Source of the DNA: a virus
Taxonomy: Duplodnaviria > Caudoviricetes
Length of the DNA stretch: 49,244 nt
IMG/VR virus record: IMGVR_UViG_3300033407_000029
Span: 1 to 49,244 of that record
Direction: 5' to 3' (one strand)
Both the position numbers and the translations under genes were made by a program. The notes beneath the pieces were generated by a model that did not search any database, was not told the origin of the DNA, and saw only the letters and a program-made list of their open reading frames with translations. Positions 16,250-25,000 of the stretch are shown here, piece by piece; the first letter of the stretch is position 1; every line of letters begins with the position of its first letter.

Positions 16250-17704
16250 CTACTTCGTTTTTCCCCACTCGGCCAGCTTGACCGCGTGCCTGGCTATATC
16301 GAGCCGGTCCGGCGCCACCGCTTCATCCGCCTGCATCTCGCCGAGCACGACTTTCTTGTCGGCGACTGTGTGCGCGGCGGCAATCTCAGCTTCGTAGTCG
16401 CGAGTGGTGCTAGGCTCTGCCGCCGCTTCGGCCGACGGCCACACCACGCCCAGAGCGTCGAGCCGCTTGGCGGCCGCGTCCTGGATCATGTCGACCAGTT
16501 CGGTCGGCAGTTTCGTGCCCGGCGAGCACCACATAGTCAGCAGCGCTTCAATGCCCGCCTCGTCGGCCACGGCCATCTTGTCCAGGACTCCTTGCAGCCA
16601 ATCGGGCAACTCATCGGCCGGCTTCTGCGGCGCAGTGCTGGCCTGGCCTTCCGGCTGCCGAGGCGGGTGGACCGGCGCCTGCGCACCGCCAGTAGGATTG
16701 GTGAAGTTCGCGCCGCTGGCCTGCTGTCCCGTGGGGGCGTTGTCGTTGGCTGGCTCCGCCGGCTTTTCAGAGATCGAGGCGATCAATTCCTCGCGTGTCA
16801 TTTCCTCGTTTTTCAGCGCGGTCAACAGCCTCCGCAACTGGACCCGTTCCTCTTGTTTCCAGCCCATCGACGCAGGTCGACCGATGATCTTTTCCAGGTC
16901 CGCCAGTGTGATTCGATACTCGGCAAAAGCCGGCACGATCTGCTGCTCGACCACCTCTGGAGTGACCAACTCCAGCATCTTCTTTTCACAGGCGTCGCGG
17001 TACATCGCCTTCACGATCGAGGGGATCGAGTCGAGAATCACGTCGCGGCGGAGCTTCGACTTCTCGGCCTTCACGACGACGTTCAAAAACCGATCTTCTG
17101 GAACCTTTTGCATCCCGCCGCCCCTCGCCTTGTAATACTGGCTCACCAGCCGATCGTCGGAAGTCATGTTGCCGGCGGCGTAGTCGACGAGCGTTCCCGT
17201 GATCCGGACCGTGCCGTCGGGAAGCCGTTCGGTAGTCGTGGCCAATCGGGTGTAGCCGTAAATGGAACGGATCGACTCGGCCGCGCGGATCGACAGCCCT
17301 TCGGCAAACTTTGTGACTTTCTGAGAACCGTCGTTTCGCCCATCCCGCTTGCCGCAATTTGGGCAAACCGTGTCGTTCGTCACGGATGACTCTTCGTAGG
17401 CGATGCCGCACGACGCGCACTTTATTCGAGTGACGCTACCCACGGGTCGGCTATAAATCGCCTCGTCTGCGGCAGCGGGATAGGCGTCAATCAGCGATTG
17501 GAGTTGCCCGACGATCTTGGCCGCGTCACGCGGGACAATGCGCGCCGCAGCCATGATCGATTCGTTCTCCATCTTGAGAAGCATCATATTTGGCGGCAAC
17601 TGAGCCGCGACGGCCAAGTCGCTCGCCGTATCGTTGATTGAATCCGAACCGTTGGCGTGTTGTGAGCCGCGTACTGTCGCGCCTTGCTGATAACCTGTAC
17701 TCAT
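16250..17704 (-). CDS. Putative single-strand annealing / recombination protein with zinc-ribbon insert
   Basis: Start MSTGY at 17704; AIYSRPVG..EGLSIRAAE motif; CASC/CPNC insert; adjacent to the exonuclease. Confidence 0.6.
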   Translation of the reverse strand: MSTGYQQGATVRGSQHANGSDSINDTASDLAVAAQLPPNMMLLKMENESIMAAARIVPRDAAKIVGQLQSLIDAYPAAADEAIYSRPVGSVTRIKCASCGIAYEESSVTNDTVCPNCGKRDGRNDGSQKVTKFAEGLSIRAAESIRSIYGYTRLATTTERLPDGTVRITGTLVDYAAGNMTSDDRLVSQYYKARGGGMQKVPEDRFLNVVVKAEKSKLRRDVILDSIPSIVKAMYRDACEKKMLELVTPEVVEQQIVPAFAEYRITLADLEKIIGRPASMGWKQEERVQLRRLLTALKNEEMTREELIASISEKPAEPANDNAPTGQQASGANFTNPTGGAQAPVHPPRQPEGQASTAPQKPADELPDWLQGVLDKMAVADEAGIEALLTMWCSPGTKLPTELVDMIQDAAAKRLDALGVVWPSAEAAAEPSTTRDYEAEIAAAHTVADKKVVLGEMQADEAVAPDRLDIARHAVKLAEWGKTK

Positions 17705-18513
17705 CTTCGTCGTCCTCCGGCGTAAGGGCATGTGGAATGAAACCCACACCACTTCGCGCTGCAGAGCCAGTGCGAGGGGTCGGCTGGTAAAAAAGCGCCG
17801 GCGTCGATAACTCGATTGGCGGCGTTGATTCGAGCGGCTAGGACGTCGAAATCTTTGGCGTCACGATGCGAAACTAGCGTCTGCCGACTGACTCCGGTCG
17901 ACGTGGTGACCAGCACTTCCAGGCCGACGTCGCTGGCCGGAAGCCCAGTGAGAACTTGGTGACCGGCCGCATAGCCGGTCAGTTGGATCGACGAGTCGGC
18001 TTCGGCCTGAGTCTTGGACTTTGCGGCCGTCTTGAAGTCCCTCACCCGCTGCTGGTCGTCGATGAGGTCGATGACGCCGAGATAGTCGCGGGGCCCCGGC
18101 AGTTCCACCCGGAAGGTCTCTTCGACCTTGACCGGCTGATAGTCCGGCGCCACGCGAGTGCCGTAGAATTCGGCGATGCGGACAGTTTCGTCTTTCGCCT
18201 GGCCGAGTACCTTGTGCGGGCCGATCGACATTTCCTCGGGGTTGAGCCAAATGCCCTCGGTGTCGAGTTGCGTGTTGAACGCTTCCGCCGCGATGTCGCG
18301 CAGGTCAGCGAGTGGAAGGTCTACGCCGCTCTGGATTTTCTGCTTGCCGTTTTTGGCGGCGGCATGGTGAACGCCGAGGCCACGCGCCGCGGCTATTCCA
18401 GGCGGAATGATCCGCCCGTCGATGTAGCGATTCGAGTAGAGAATCCCGCAATACGCGAGCGTTCTCATTTGCGAGTCGCTGATATGCGGCTTGTTGGTGG
18501 TCTCAGGGCTCAT
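17701..18513 (-). CDS. PD-(D/E)XK RecB/Cas4-like exonuclease
   Basis: ISDSQ..YC, GVIDL..VRDFKT, QLTGY, C-terminal CSAKWCGFHSTC; start MSPET at 18513. Confidence 0.88.
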   Translation of the reverse strand: MSPETTNKPHISDSQMRTLAYCGILYSNRYIDGRIIPPGIAAARGLGVHHAAAKNGKQKIQSGVDLPLADLRDIAAEAFNTQLDTEGIWLNPEEMSIGPHKVLGQAKDETVRIAEFYGTRVAPDYQPVKVEETFRVELPGPRDYLGVIDLIDDQQRVRDFKTAAKSKTQAEADSSIQLTGYAAGHQVLTGLPASDVGLEVLVTTSTGVSRQTLVSHRDAKDFDVLAARINAANRVIDAGAFLPADPSHWLCSAKWCGFHSTCPYAGGRRR

Positions 18514-18602
18514 GTTCGTTCTCAAACTCCGCCGCCGGCAGGTGCTAACGACTTGCATCCGGCCCGGTGAACGCGGACAGGTGCCTGCCGGCAGCGGTGT
18601 GG

Positions 18603-18800
18603 TCACTTCCCAATGACAGTTCCAATCGCCCAAATTAACGCCAATAATGTGAGTCCCCCGACAATGCAAAACAGACCTTGGCCCCAGTGCAGTTTCGGAG
18701 CGCAGGCTTTCGCTGCCGCCAAACAGGACGGGTGATAAACGCCACCTGGCGACTTACCGCCGCATCGCGGACATTGATCTCGACCTGGCATGTAGTACAT
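18603..18800 (-). CDS. Small membrane-anchored zinc-finger-like protein
   Basis: CPRC...HPSC plus C-terminal TM segment. Confidence 0.6.
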   Translation of the reverse strand: MYYMPGRDQCPRCGGKSPGGVYHPSCLAAAKACAPKLHWGQGLFCIVGGLTLLALIWAIGTVIGK

Positions 18801-18803
18801 CGT

Positions 18804-19019
18804 TCACTTCTCCAGCACTCTCAGCGCCAACACGGTAATCGCCACCAGTCCGGCCACGGCGAGACAAATCAGCGCCGCCCAGACGGAGTCCAAAAACGCC
18901 GCGGGGCTCGGCTCTGGCTCGCTCTCCAGCAGATCGTCGTCCGGCTCGGGAGTCGGCGTGGACGTGGTTTCCCACGGCCCAGGGTAATCGCGATAACTGC
19001 GTGAGTAGGGGTCGCTCAT
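18804..19019 (-). CDS. Small membrane protein
   Basis: Acidic/Pro-rich N-terminus and one C-terminal TM segment. Confidence 0.6.
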   Translation of the reverse strand: MSDPYSRSYRDYPGPWETTSTPTPEPDDDLLESEPEPSPAAFLDSVWAALICLAVAGLVAITVLALRVLEK

Positions 19020-19306
19020 GGCTGGGCCTCCCGTGCGCGGAGCATCGCGTCGGCCATTTCGTAGCAGTTCGTAGCAAGTGACGGCTTGAAGTCAGCACCA
19101 TACTTGGAGGCGACTTTATCAAGTTCACTTATCCACAGTTTGCAACTCAAAAAGCCGATCAGCGCCTGCCCAGCGAAGTAGTCGCGCATGGTCAAGCCGC
19201 CACACTCATTCATGCGGGCGATCGTTTCCGGGTCGTTAGACCAACCGTGCTGCGGGAACGCCGCCGGATTGTTCGGTTTCGTGGCCTGCTGCGCAGCAAC
19301 GGACAT
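19016..19306 (-). CDS. Conserved small phage early protein
   Basis: PAAFP...GLTMRDYFAGQAL...YEMADAMLRARE motif, common in phages. Confidence 0.85.
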   Translation of the reverse strand: MSVAAQQATKPNNPAAFPQHGWSNDPETIARMNECGGLTMRDYFAGQALIGFLSCKLWISELDKVASKYGADFKPSLATNCYEMADAMLRAREAQP

Positions 19307-19388
19307 GGGTAAACCCCGTATTATTTGCCTCGGGCTGCCGGCCAGATGCGTCCGAACGCTTTGGCGAGAAGCCGAATTATTCAGTCAG

Positions 19389-19461
19389 TGCCGGGGGCGG
19401 GACTTGAACCCGCAACCTTGACGTTATGAGCGTCACGAGCTGCCAATTGCTCCACCCCGGG
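19389..19461 (-). tRNA. tRNA with CAT anticodon (Met; initiator-like hybrid)
   Basis: 73-nt cloverleaf: GAGC/GCTC D stem, TGACG-CT CAT AA-CGTCA, GCGGG-TTCAAGT-CCCGC, A73, no encoded CCA. Confidence 0.9.
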
Positions 19462-19524
19462 GTGGTATTACAATCAATCGCAAAATCTCAGGGAAAAAAA
19501 GAGCCGCAGTCAGGCGACTCGCTC

Positions 19525-19553
19525 ACGATATTACAAACGATTTAAGAATACAA
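19525..19553 (-). promoter_or_regulatory. Putative sigma70 early promoter with operator copy
   Basis: Minus strand TTGTAT-17-TATCGT overlapping ATATTACAAACGATTT (19528-19543). Confidence 0.55.
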
Positions 19554-19594
19554 GCCCAAAAAAGGCTTTCTCGAAAGATTTCCGAAAAAGCCCG

Positions 19595-19834
19595 TCAGCT
19601 CCCCCGTGGTCGACCGCCGCCGTTTGGCTGCTCCATGAATTTCTCGGCTTCACGTCGCTCGATTTCCCAAAGAACGCCGCGAAACTTGATGCCCTTCATC
19701 TCGCCGGATCGCAGCAATTGACACACCCGGCCATGCGTCATGCCGGTTAGTTCCGCCACTTCAACGACGGATAGTTTGTCCGTGGGCTTGGAGTCCGCTA
19801 GCTTCACTTCGATTACTTTACCTCTTGTAGCCAA
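19595..19834 (-). CDS. Helix-turn-helix (HTH_17/excisionase-like) regulator
   Basis: LSVVEVAELTGMTHGRVCQLLRSGEMKGIK...WEI...GRPR. Confidence 0.85.
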   Translation of the reverse strand: MATRGKVIEVKLADSKPTDKLSVVEVAELTGMTHGRVCQLLRSGEMKGIKFRGVLWEIERREAEKFMEQPNGGGRPRGS

Positions 19835-19848
19835 AGGTTGACCACCTT

Positions 19849-19876
19849 ATATTACAACCGATTTGATTAGTGTCAA
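19849..19876 (-). promoter_or_regulatory. Putative sigma70 promoter with operator copy for the HTH gene
   Basis: Minus strand TTGACA-16-TAATAT overlapping ATATTACAACCGATTT (19849-19864). Confidence 0.6.
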
Positions 19877-19994
19877 TATCTAAATTCACCGGCGATCCGA
19901 TGTTCCAGCGGACGGCGTAGATTGTCATTGACTCGGAAAGCGTTCCCGGGCCTCGCGACCGCGGGCCTCTCCCATAGTTCAGGAGATTCCTTTA

Positions 19995-20255
19995 ATGAAC
20001 AGTTCAAATACAAATGAGAATTGCGGTGAATTGGTCGGCGACTTCGACGAATTCATGGCCCTTCTCGCAAGGCTAAAAAAGACGCTGCCGACACTATCTC
20101 CAGAACTCAAGGATCGACTTCGCCGAATCCTTGATCTTCCGGGTGAAGCCGGCACCCTTGAAACTGAAACCACAGGACGGACAGTCAAAGTCACGCTGCG
20201 CCCTTCGCACAGTCTGCTTGAAATTGCGGCCGCAGCCGGGGCACTTGACGTCTAG
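19995..20255 (+). CDS. Hypothetical protein antisense-overlapping a zinc-ribbon gene
   Basis: AGGAG 9 nt before ATG; amphipathic helices; plus-strand terminator downstream. Confidence 0.45.
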   Translation: MNSSNTNENCGELVGDFDEFMALLARLKKTLPTLSPELKDRLRRILDLPGEAGTLETETTGRTVKVTLRPSHSLLEIAAAAGALDV

Positions 20256-20282
20256 CTTCGTATTCTGGTCGATCACTCCCAT
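20094..20282 (-). CDS. Zinc-ribbon protein
   Basis: CPGC...CPSC; strong SD AGGAGGTG at 20287-20294. Confidence 0.7.
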   Translation of the reverse strand: MGVIDQNTKLDVKCPGCGRNFKQTVRRAQRDFDCPSCGFSFKGAGFTRKIKDSAKSILEFWR

Positions 20283-20399
20283 TGTTCACCTCCTAATTCA
20301 CGGAAAACCCTGGAGCGGGCGTAAACGATTCTCGGCAGGACCAGGAACCGAGTCGGGGCCTCGCGGCTGACCGCCACTCCAGGGGGGAACTGTGGGGAC

Positions 20400-20422
20400 G
20401 GGGCCAAGAGGCCCCTTTTCTT
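20400..20422 (+). terminator. Intrinsic terminator
   Basis: GGGGCC-AAGA-GGCCCC followed by TTTTCTT. Confidence 0.6.
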
Positions 20423-20459
20423 GACTTCTGCCAATCCACCTGCGTACTGTGGAACAAAG

Positions 20460-20531
20460 CTCCCGGGGCTGGACTTGAACCAGCAACCGATCGGTTAACA
20501 GCCGATTGCTCTACCATTGAGCTACCCGGGA
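20460..20531 (-). tRNA. tRNA-Asn(GTT), candidate attP
   Basis: 72-nt cloverleaf TCCCGGG/CCCGGGA, ATCGG-CT GTT AA-CCGAT, G73, no CCA; divergent from the integrase. Confidence 0.93.
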
Positions 20532-20701
20532 TCCCGCGTTTTCCCTTCCAGCGCTACAAAGCCGCTTGCGTTTAGTCGCGCTGGAAAGTGGCGAAAATGT
20601 TTTGCCCCGGACCCCCGCGCGAACTATATTGGAGCCTTCACACCTAACGGCTGCCGGATTGGCGGCATGGACAGCTATGGATTGCGCGGAGCACACGCGC
20701 C

Positions 20702-21523
20702 ATGATTGCCGTCGCCGATTCTTTCGTCGCCCATGCCGAGCGTTATCTGCTGGCTAATCCCTGCTGTCGAAAGCACCAGGAAAACATCCGGGGAAGAATC
20801 GCCAGGTTCGTGGCGTGGTTTCCCGGCTCCCCGAAATCGCTGGCGCCGGAAGACCTGAATGGCTTTCTGGCTTCCCTGGAGCGCGACGGCCTCAGCGCTC
20901 ACACGATCAACGGCTACCGCGCTACGATCATGGCGGTGTGGAGATTCGTGCTGGGAGAAAGAATACGCTGGAAGATTCGCCGCGTGCGCCCGCCGCAACG
21001 AGAAGTGAAAGCGTGGAGCGTCGGGCAAGTCAAGCAACTGTTGAGCGTTGCCGTGACCTTACGGGGCCGGTTGCCCAACGGCGTTCAGCGCAGGCTGTTT
21101 TTCCTGACGGCAATTCACGCCGGGTTCTCGACGGGGCAGCGCTACGGTGATCTGGCCCGGCTGCCGGTGGCTGCGATTCGAGCCGACCGGACCGCGACGT
21201 TCGTACAATCAAAGACGGGCCGGCGCGTTACCGTGAGATTCTCTGAGAAAGCGGTTCGCTGCATCCGAGCTCACGGGCAGGCGACGGTGCTTCCCAATCC
21301 GCACACTCAGCAGTGGTTTTGCGTTTCGTTCGCGGACCTTGTGGAGAGGGCGGGGATCAAGCGCGGAAGCTTCCGGTGGTTGCGGAGAAGCGCCGGCTCG
21401 TATGTCGAGAGGGCGACTGGCCGCGGGCCGGAACTGCTGGGGAACACCCGCGCCGTATTCGAGGCCAGTTATCAGGCGGAGTCAATTACCAGGAAACCGC
21501 CGCCGGAGCCGCCGCGGCTGTAG
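20702..21523 (+). CDS. Tyrosine recombinase / integrase
   Basis: SAM-like core (LSAHTINGYR); TGQRYGDL (R), QSKT (K), FRWLRRS (R), LLGN, ASY (Y). Confidence 0.85.
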   Translation: MIAVADSFVAHAERYLLANPCCRKHQENIRGRIARFVAWFPGSPKSLAPEDLNGFLASLERDGLSAHTINGYRATIMAVWRFVLGERIRWKIRRVRPPQREVKAWSVGQVKQLLSVAVTLRGRLPNGVQRRLFFLTAIHAGFSTGQRYGDLARLPVAAIRADRTATFVQSKTGRRVTVRFSEKAVRCIRAHGQATVLPNPHTQQWFCVSFADLVERAGIKRGSFRWLRRSAGSYVERATGRGPELLGNTRAVFEASYQAESITRKPPPEPPRL

Positions 21524-21530
21524 CCCAGAA

Positions 21531-21803
21531 TCACCACGGGCGTTCCTCTGCTCGCAAGACTGGCGGGGTGGCACAATCCACGGATCGACGCAGAGCATCA
21601 TTGTCAGGCGTGATCTTTTTCAGCCGCATCTTCGCCGCACACTGCGGGCAGGCCCAGCGCCCGTATGTGAGGCGAATCCAGCCGTCCGCGAGAGCCTGTT
21701 CCTCCGCTTCCTGTCGAGTTTGCCATTCCGCGTTGACTTCGCCTTCGTAGCAGCTATCACAGTCACACCATCGCACGTATTCGATTCGTCGATTGATTCC
21801 CAT
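21531..21803 (-). CDS. Small zinc-binding protein
   Basis: CDCDSC...GW...WACPQC; AGGAGG SD. Confidence 0.7.
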   Translation of the reverse strand: MGINRRIEYVRWCDCDSCYEGEVNAEWQTRQEAEEQALADGWIRLTYGRWACPQCAAKMRLKKITPDNDALRRSVDCATPPVLRAEERPW

Positions 21804-21829
21804 TATTTCCTCCTATCAGCCCCACCGCA

Positions 21830-22010
21830 TCACCACGGGTCGTCCACTTCACGGTACTGAAGTATCGCCGAGCCGTTCGGCGTCCGCCCCAAGAGTATCG
21901 CGTCTAATTCCGCCCCGCGAACGGACACCACGAATCCACCCCTGGCGGAGCGTTGAAGAACGATAGTTTTGGAGGGGCGGAACTGGCTTAGCTGACAGGA
22001 GAAAATCAAC
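21830..22010 (-). CDS. Hypothetical protein (start uncertain)
   Basis: Open frame 21830..22033; TTG starts only. Confidence 0.35.
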
Positions 22011-22068
22011 GTCAATTTACTGGCAAGTGTCAATATCTGTCAATTGTTCTCCGAAATTGACAGTTGCC

Positions 22069-25000
22069 TCAGTAGGGCACGGGCCGTGGGCTGTAGCCCT
22101 CAACGTGCTGCACTGTGTCCCACCCAGAAGCACTGTTCATATTATTGTTGTCAAGTGAGGCCCTGGAGAACTGTTGCTGCGCAGCAGCGTACTTCCATCT
22201 ATACCTAAATCTAAAATCATCATCATTCAAAAGGTCCTGACTCTTCGGTTGATACCAACTCCTACCACATTTCGACGGATCGAACGCACCTGTGCCAACG
22301 AACAAGCCAGCGTCTCGATTTGACTGTGTGAGGTCCACTGTCCCTAATGGGTAATAGTCCTCCGGAAGTTCAGCATCCCTCTGCATTGCACCATGCGTTC
22401 GCCACGGCCAACGAATCTTACCGGTCGCCAGATCAATAGACCATTCGTAAGCGACTGTCTGAAAATACTCAGAGTCGGCAACAATCCAAGATGGGTCCTG
22501 ATTCTCGATTGAGTCATAAGGAAGCACGACTGAGGCAAACGACGCTGGCTCCAATGCAGTCAGGTCCGCGTTACTTGGATTGTCACCGAGATTCTCTCGC
22601 TCTGCATCAGTAAGGTATCTACCCCAAAAAAGTGCGGGTACGTTCTTCAAGAATAGAGTATGCTCGTTGCAACTTATGCTGATTGGCGACCTGTTGCGGC
22701 TCCAGGCGCGTGCTTCATCAAGTCCTCCAAAAGAGCCCTGCCAGTCTGTGTCTATGTAGTCGCCTTCCGCAGTTTGTATGCCAATTACCTCGTCACCGTC
22801 GATCTGCGGCATCGCCAAACGAAATGTAAGTGTCCAATGTCCCGGATAGACTAGCTTGAAGTACCTATTTTCTCGCTCCGTAGCACCTTCATTTAACGGC
22901 GGGTTAGCAGCAGGCCACGGCTGGAGCATGAGGTAGATGGGATCACCCCAAGGTGTCAGGCAGCAGGCAATGGGCACGTAGCCCGTTTCCAGGATATCGA
23001 ATCGCTCAATCACCCAAGAGGCGTCAGCGTTCTCCGGGTCATCCGGCCCAAACGCCTCGTCGTAGGCGACGTACTCGCCGAGCACCTGGTTTTTCTTCCA
23101 GCGGCGAATCCAGAGCCCGGCCCTGGTGGGATTGGGCATGATGTCCTCGTAGCCCTGTAGTATTCCCATATCCATCGAAAAATCGACGATCGGCGCGCTG
23201 TTGGTAACGTGATAATCATCCCACTGTCTCCTAACGACAAATGTAGGATCATTCGATGGTGGCGGATAAACAAGCGGAGTCTGGACATGAAAGACATCAT
23301 TTTTTGGCAGCATCCCTTCCGTCCAGAGAACACACTCGACAGGTCCTCTGCACTCGTTCTCGATAAGCCGATCATAGCCTCGGCACTCCATCGTGTACGA
23401 TGCGCCAAAAGTTCCGAATGCACGATCATACACTTTCTCGTTGCGCGGTGTAGCCAAAGGATCAGGAATCAGCAAATGCAACTCGAAGGCAACTGTGCCC
23501 TCCAACGGTGCGATACCGGTTAGCGGCGTGAGTTCATCGACGGCAATGACTGCGAAACCATACTCCGGGCGCGGATCGATCCGAAACTCTTGCTGAAACG
23601 TACCTGGATTGTCCGCCGCGTACTGATCGTCTTGGAGCCAGGTAAATCGTCCACAACACAGCGACTTTTGATTCGGCGTGCGACCTACCATCCAGGGCGT
23701 ATCGCGCGGCGCGGGCAGGATCGGGTAATGGCTGGTGAGTTCGTCGGTGAGCCAACCGGCAGGGTCTACCGTGCCCTCAATACCCAGCGTCTCGTCTGGG
23801 TATTCGTGAGGATAGATCATGTGAGCTATCTGAATCAGCCCTTCCATATAGTGCGGCTCGCCGCGATCCCCACCGCTGCTCGCAGTGCCGGTCCGATCGC
23901 TGTCGTAGGGCACAACCTCGTAGGCGATGATCCTGCGCTGCACCCAAGCCATCCCCTCAATGTGAACAGGCCCTTGTACCTGATGTGCGCCAGTGAACGT
24001 CGAATACGTTTCAGGATCAAGAAAGAAAAGCGAATCATTTCCTACGCCGTACATGGAACCATTGACATTCGGCAGAGCGACCGCGTCGTAACCTTTGAAA
24101 CCATGATGCCAGCAAGTATCGAGCGTCAGTATTCCAGCATTCTCATAAATAGCGTCAAAAATCTTTCCAGTGTAAGCCGTAGCTGTCCCATACGCCTCGT
24201 AGCTGCTTGTCGTGACGAGAGGCTCAGCGTCTTCAGTCTGATAAATATCACCGACCAGAACCCGCTCGCCTTTGTTCTGCTTTGCGTAAATCTGTCCTCG
24301 ATCAGTGAACGTTCCATATTGTTCGTTATAACCTTCCACCTGATCGAAAAACCAAGGATCAACAGCAACCACCGCAGCCGTCATCATCCACAACTTCGTA
24401 CCACGCTGTCTTGTCAAGAATGGCTTACCAGCCGTGCCCACATAAGCGGCGTATTTGTTAGAGTGAACGAAAACCGTCGTATCTTGCGCCGGCAGAATGG
24501 CCCCACCTTGGCTCTCTGCGCCACCCATAGTTATTACCCGCTCATCGTTTTCCTCGTCCAAGTCTATTATTGTTACCTTCATTCTCCACCGAAAGCTGTC
24601 ACTACCCCAACTGAGAGTAACGTAGTCACCTACGTCTGGAGAAGTAATAAGAATGTTGGGCAATCGCACAACCCCAACCACGTCGCTCGTGCGAACTGAC
24701 AAAACACCCTGTGTCCCGGCCGCACCTTCCCAGAGAAAACTCGTTGGTGGGTAGAATCTCGCCAGCGCACCACGCAGAAACTCCTTGTCCGCACGCACTA
24801 CGTGCTCCGCGCGCTGCATGATAACGGCTTGGCTAGTACCACCCGGAGCGTTGAGAGGCGGATCACCGTCCTTATCCACTGGCGGGAAATCACCAACTAG
24901 GTCACCAGCGATCAACCCTTGCGAGACGGTGACGCAGCCGAAATAGTAGTTGCCAGGATGCTCAGCGCCGCCATAACTTAAATCAGAAAAGTCACCGGGC

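Noticed and set aside
17701-18513. cas4 as part of a CRISPR system
   Set aside because: Solo RecB/Cas4-like exonuclease in a recombination module; no cas1, cas2 or array
19452-19465. Perfect 14-bp palindrome CCACCCCGGGGTGG at the tRNA-Met 5' end
   Set aside because: Mostly determined by the tRNA sequence, single copy and without a loop; no independent support
23590-24699. 369-aa plus-strand ORF (likewise 8383-9237, 12823-13812, 16211-17389, 31946-32944, 35762-36634, 47945-48949)
   Set aside because: Antisense shadows of well-supported minus-strand genes; no recognisable motifs
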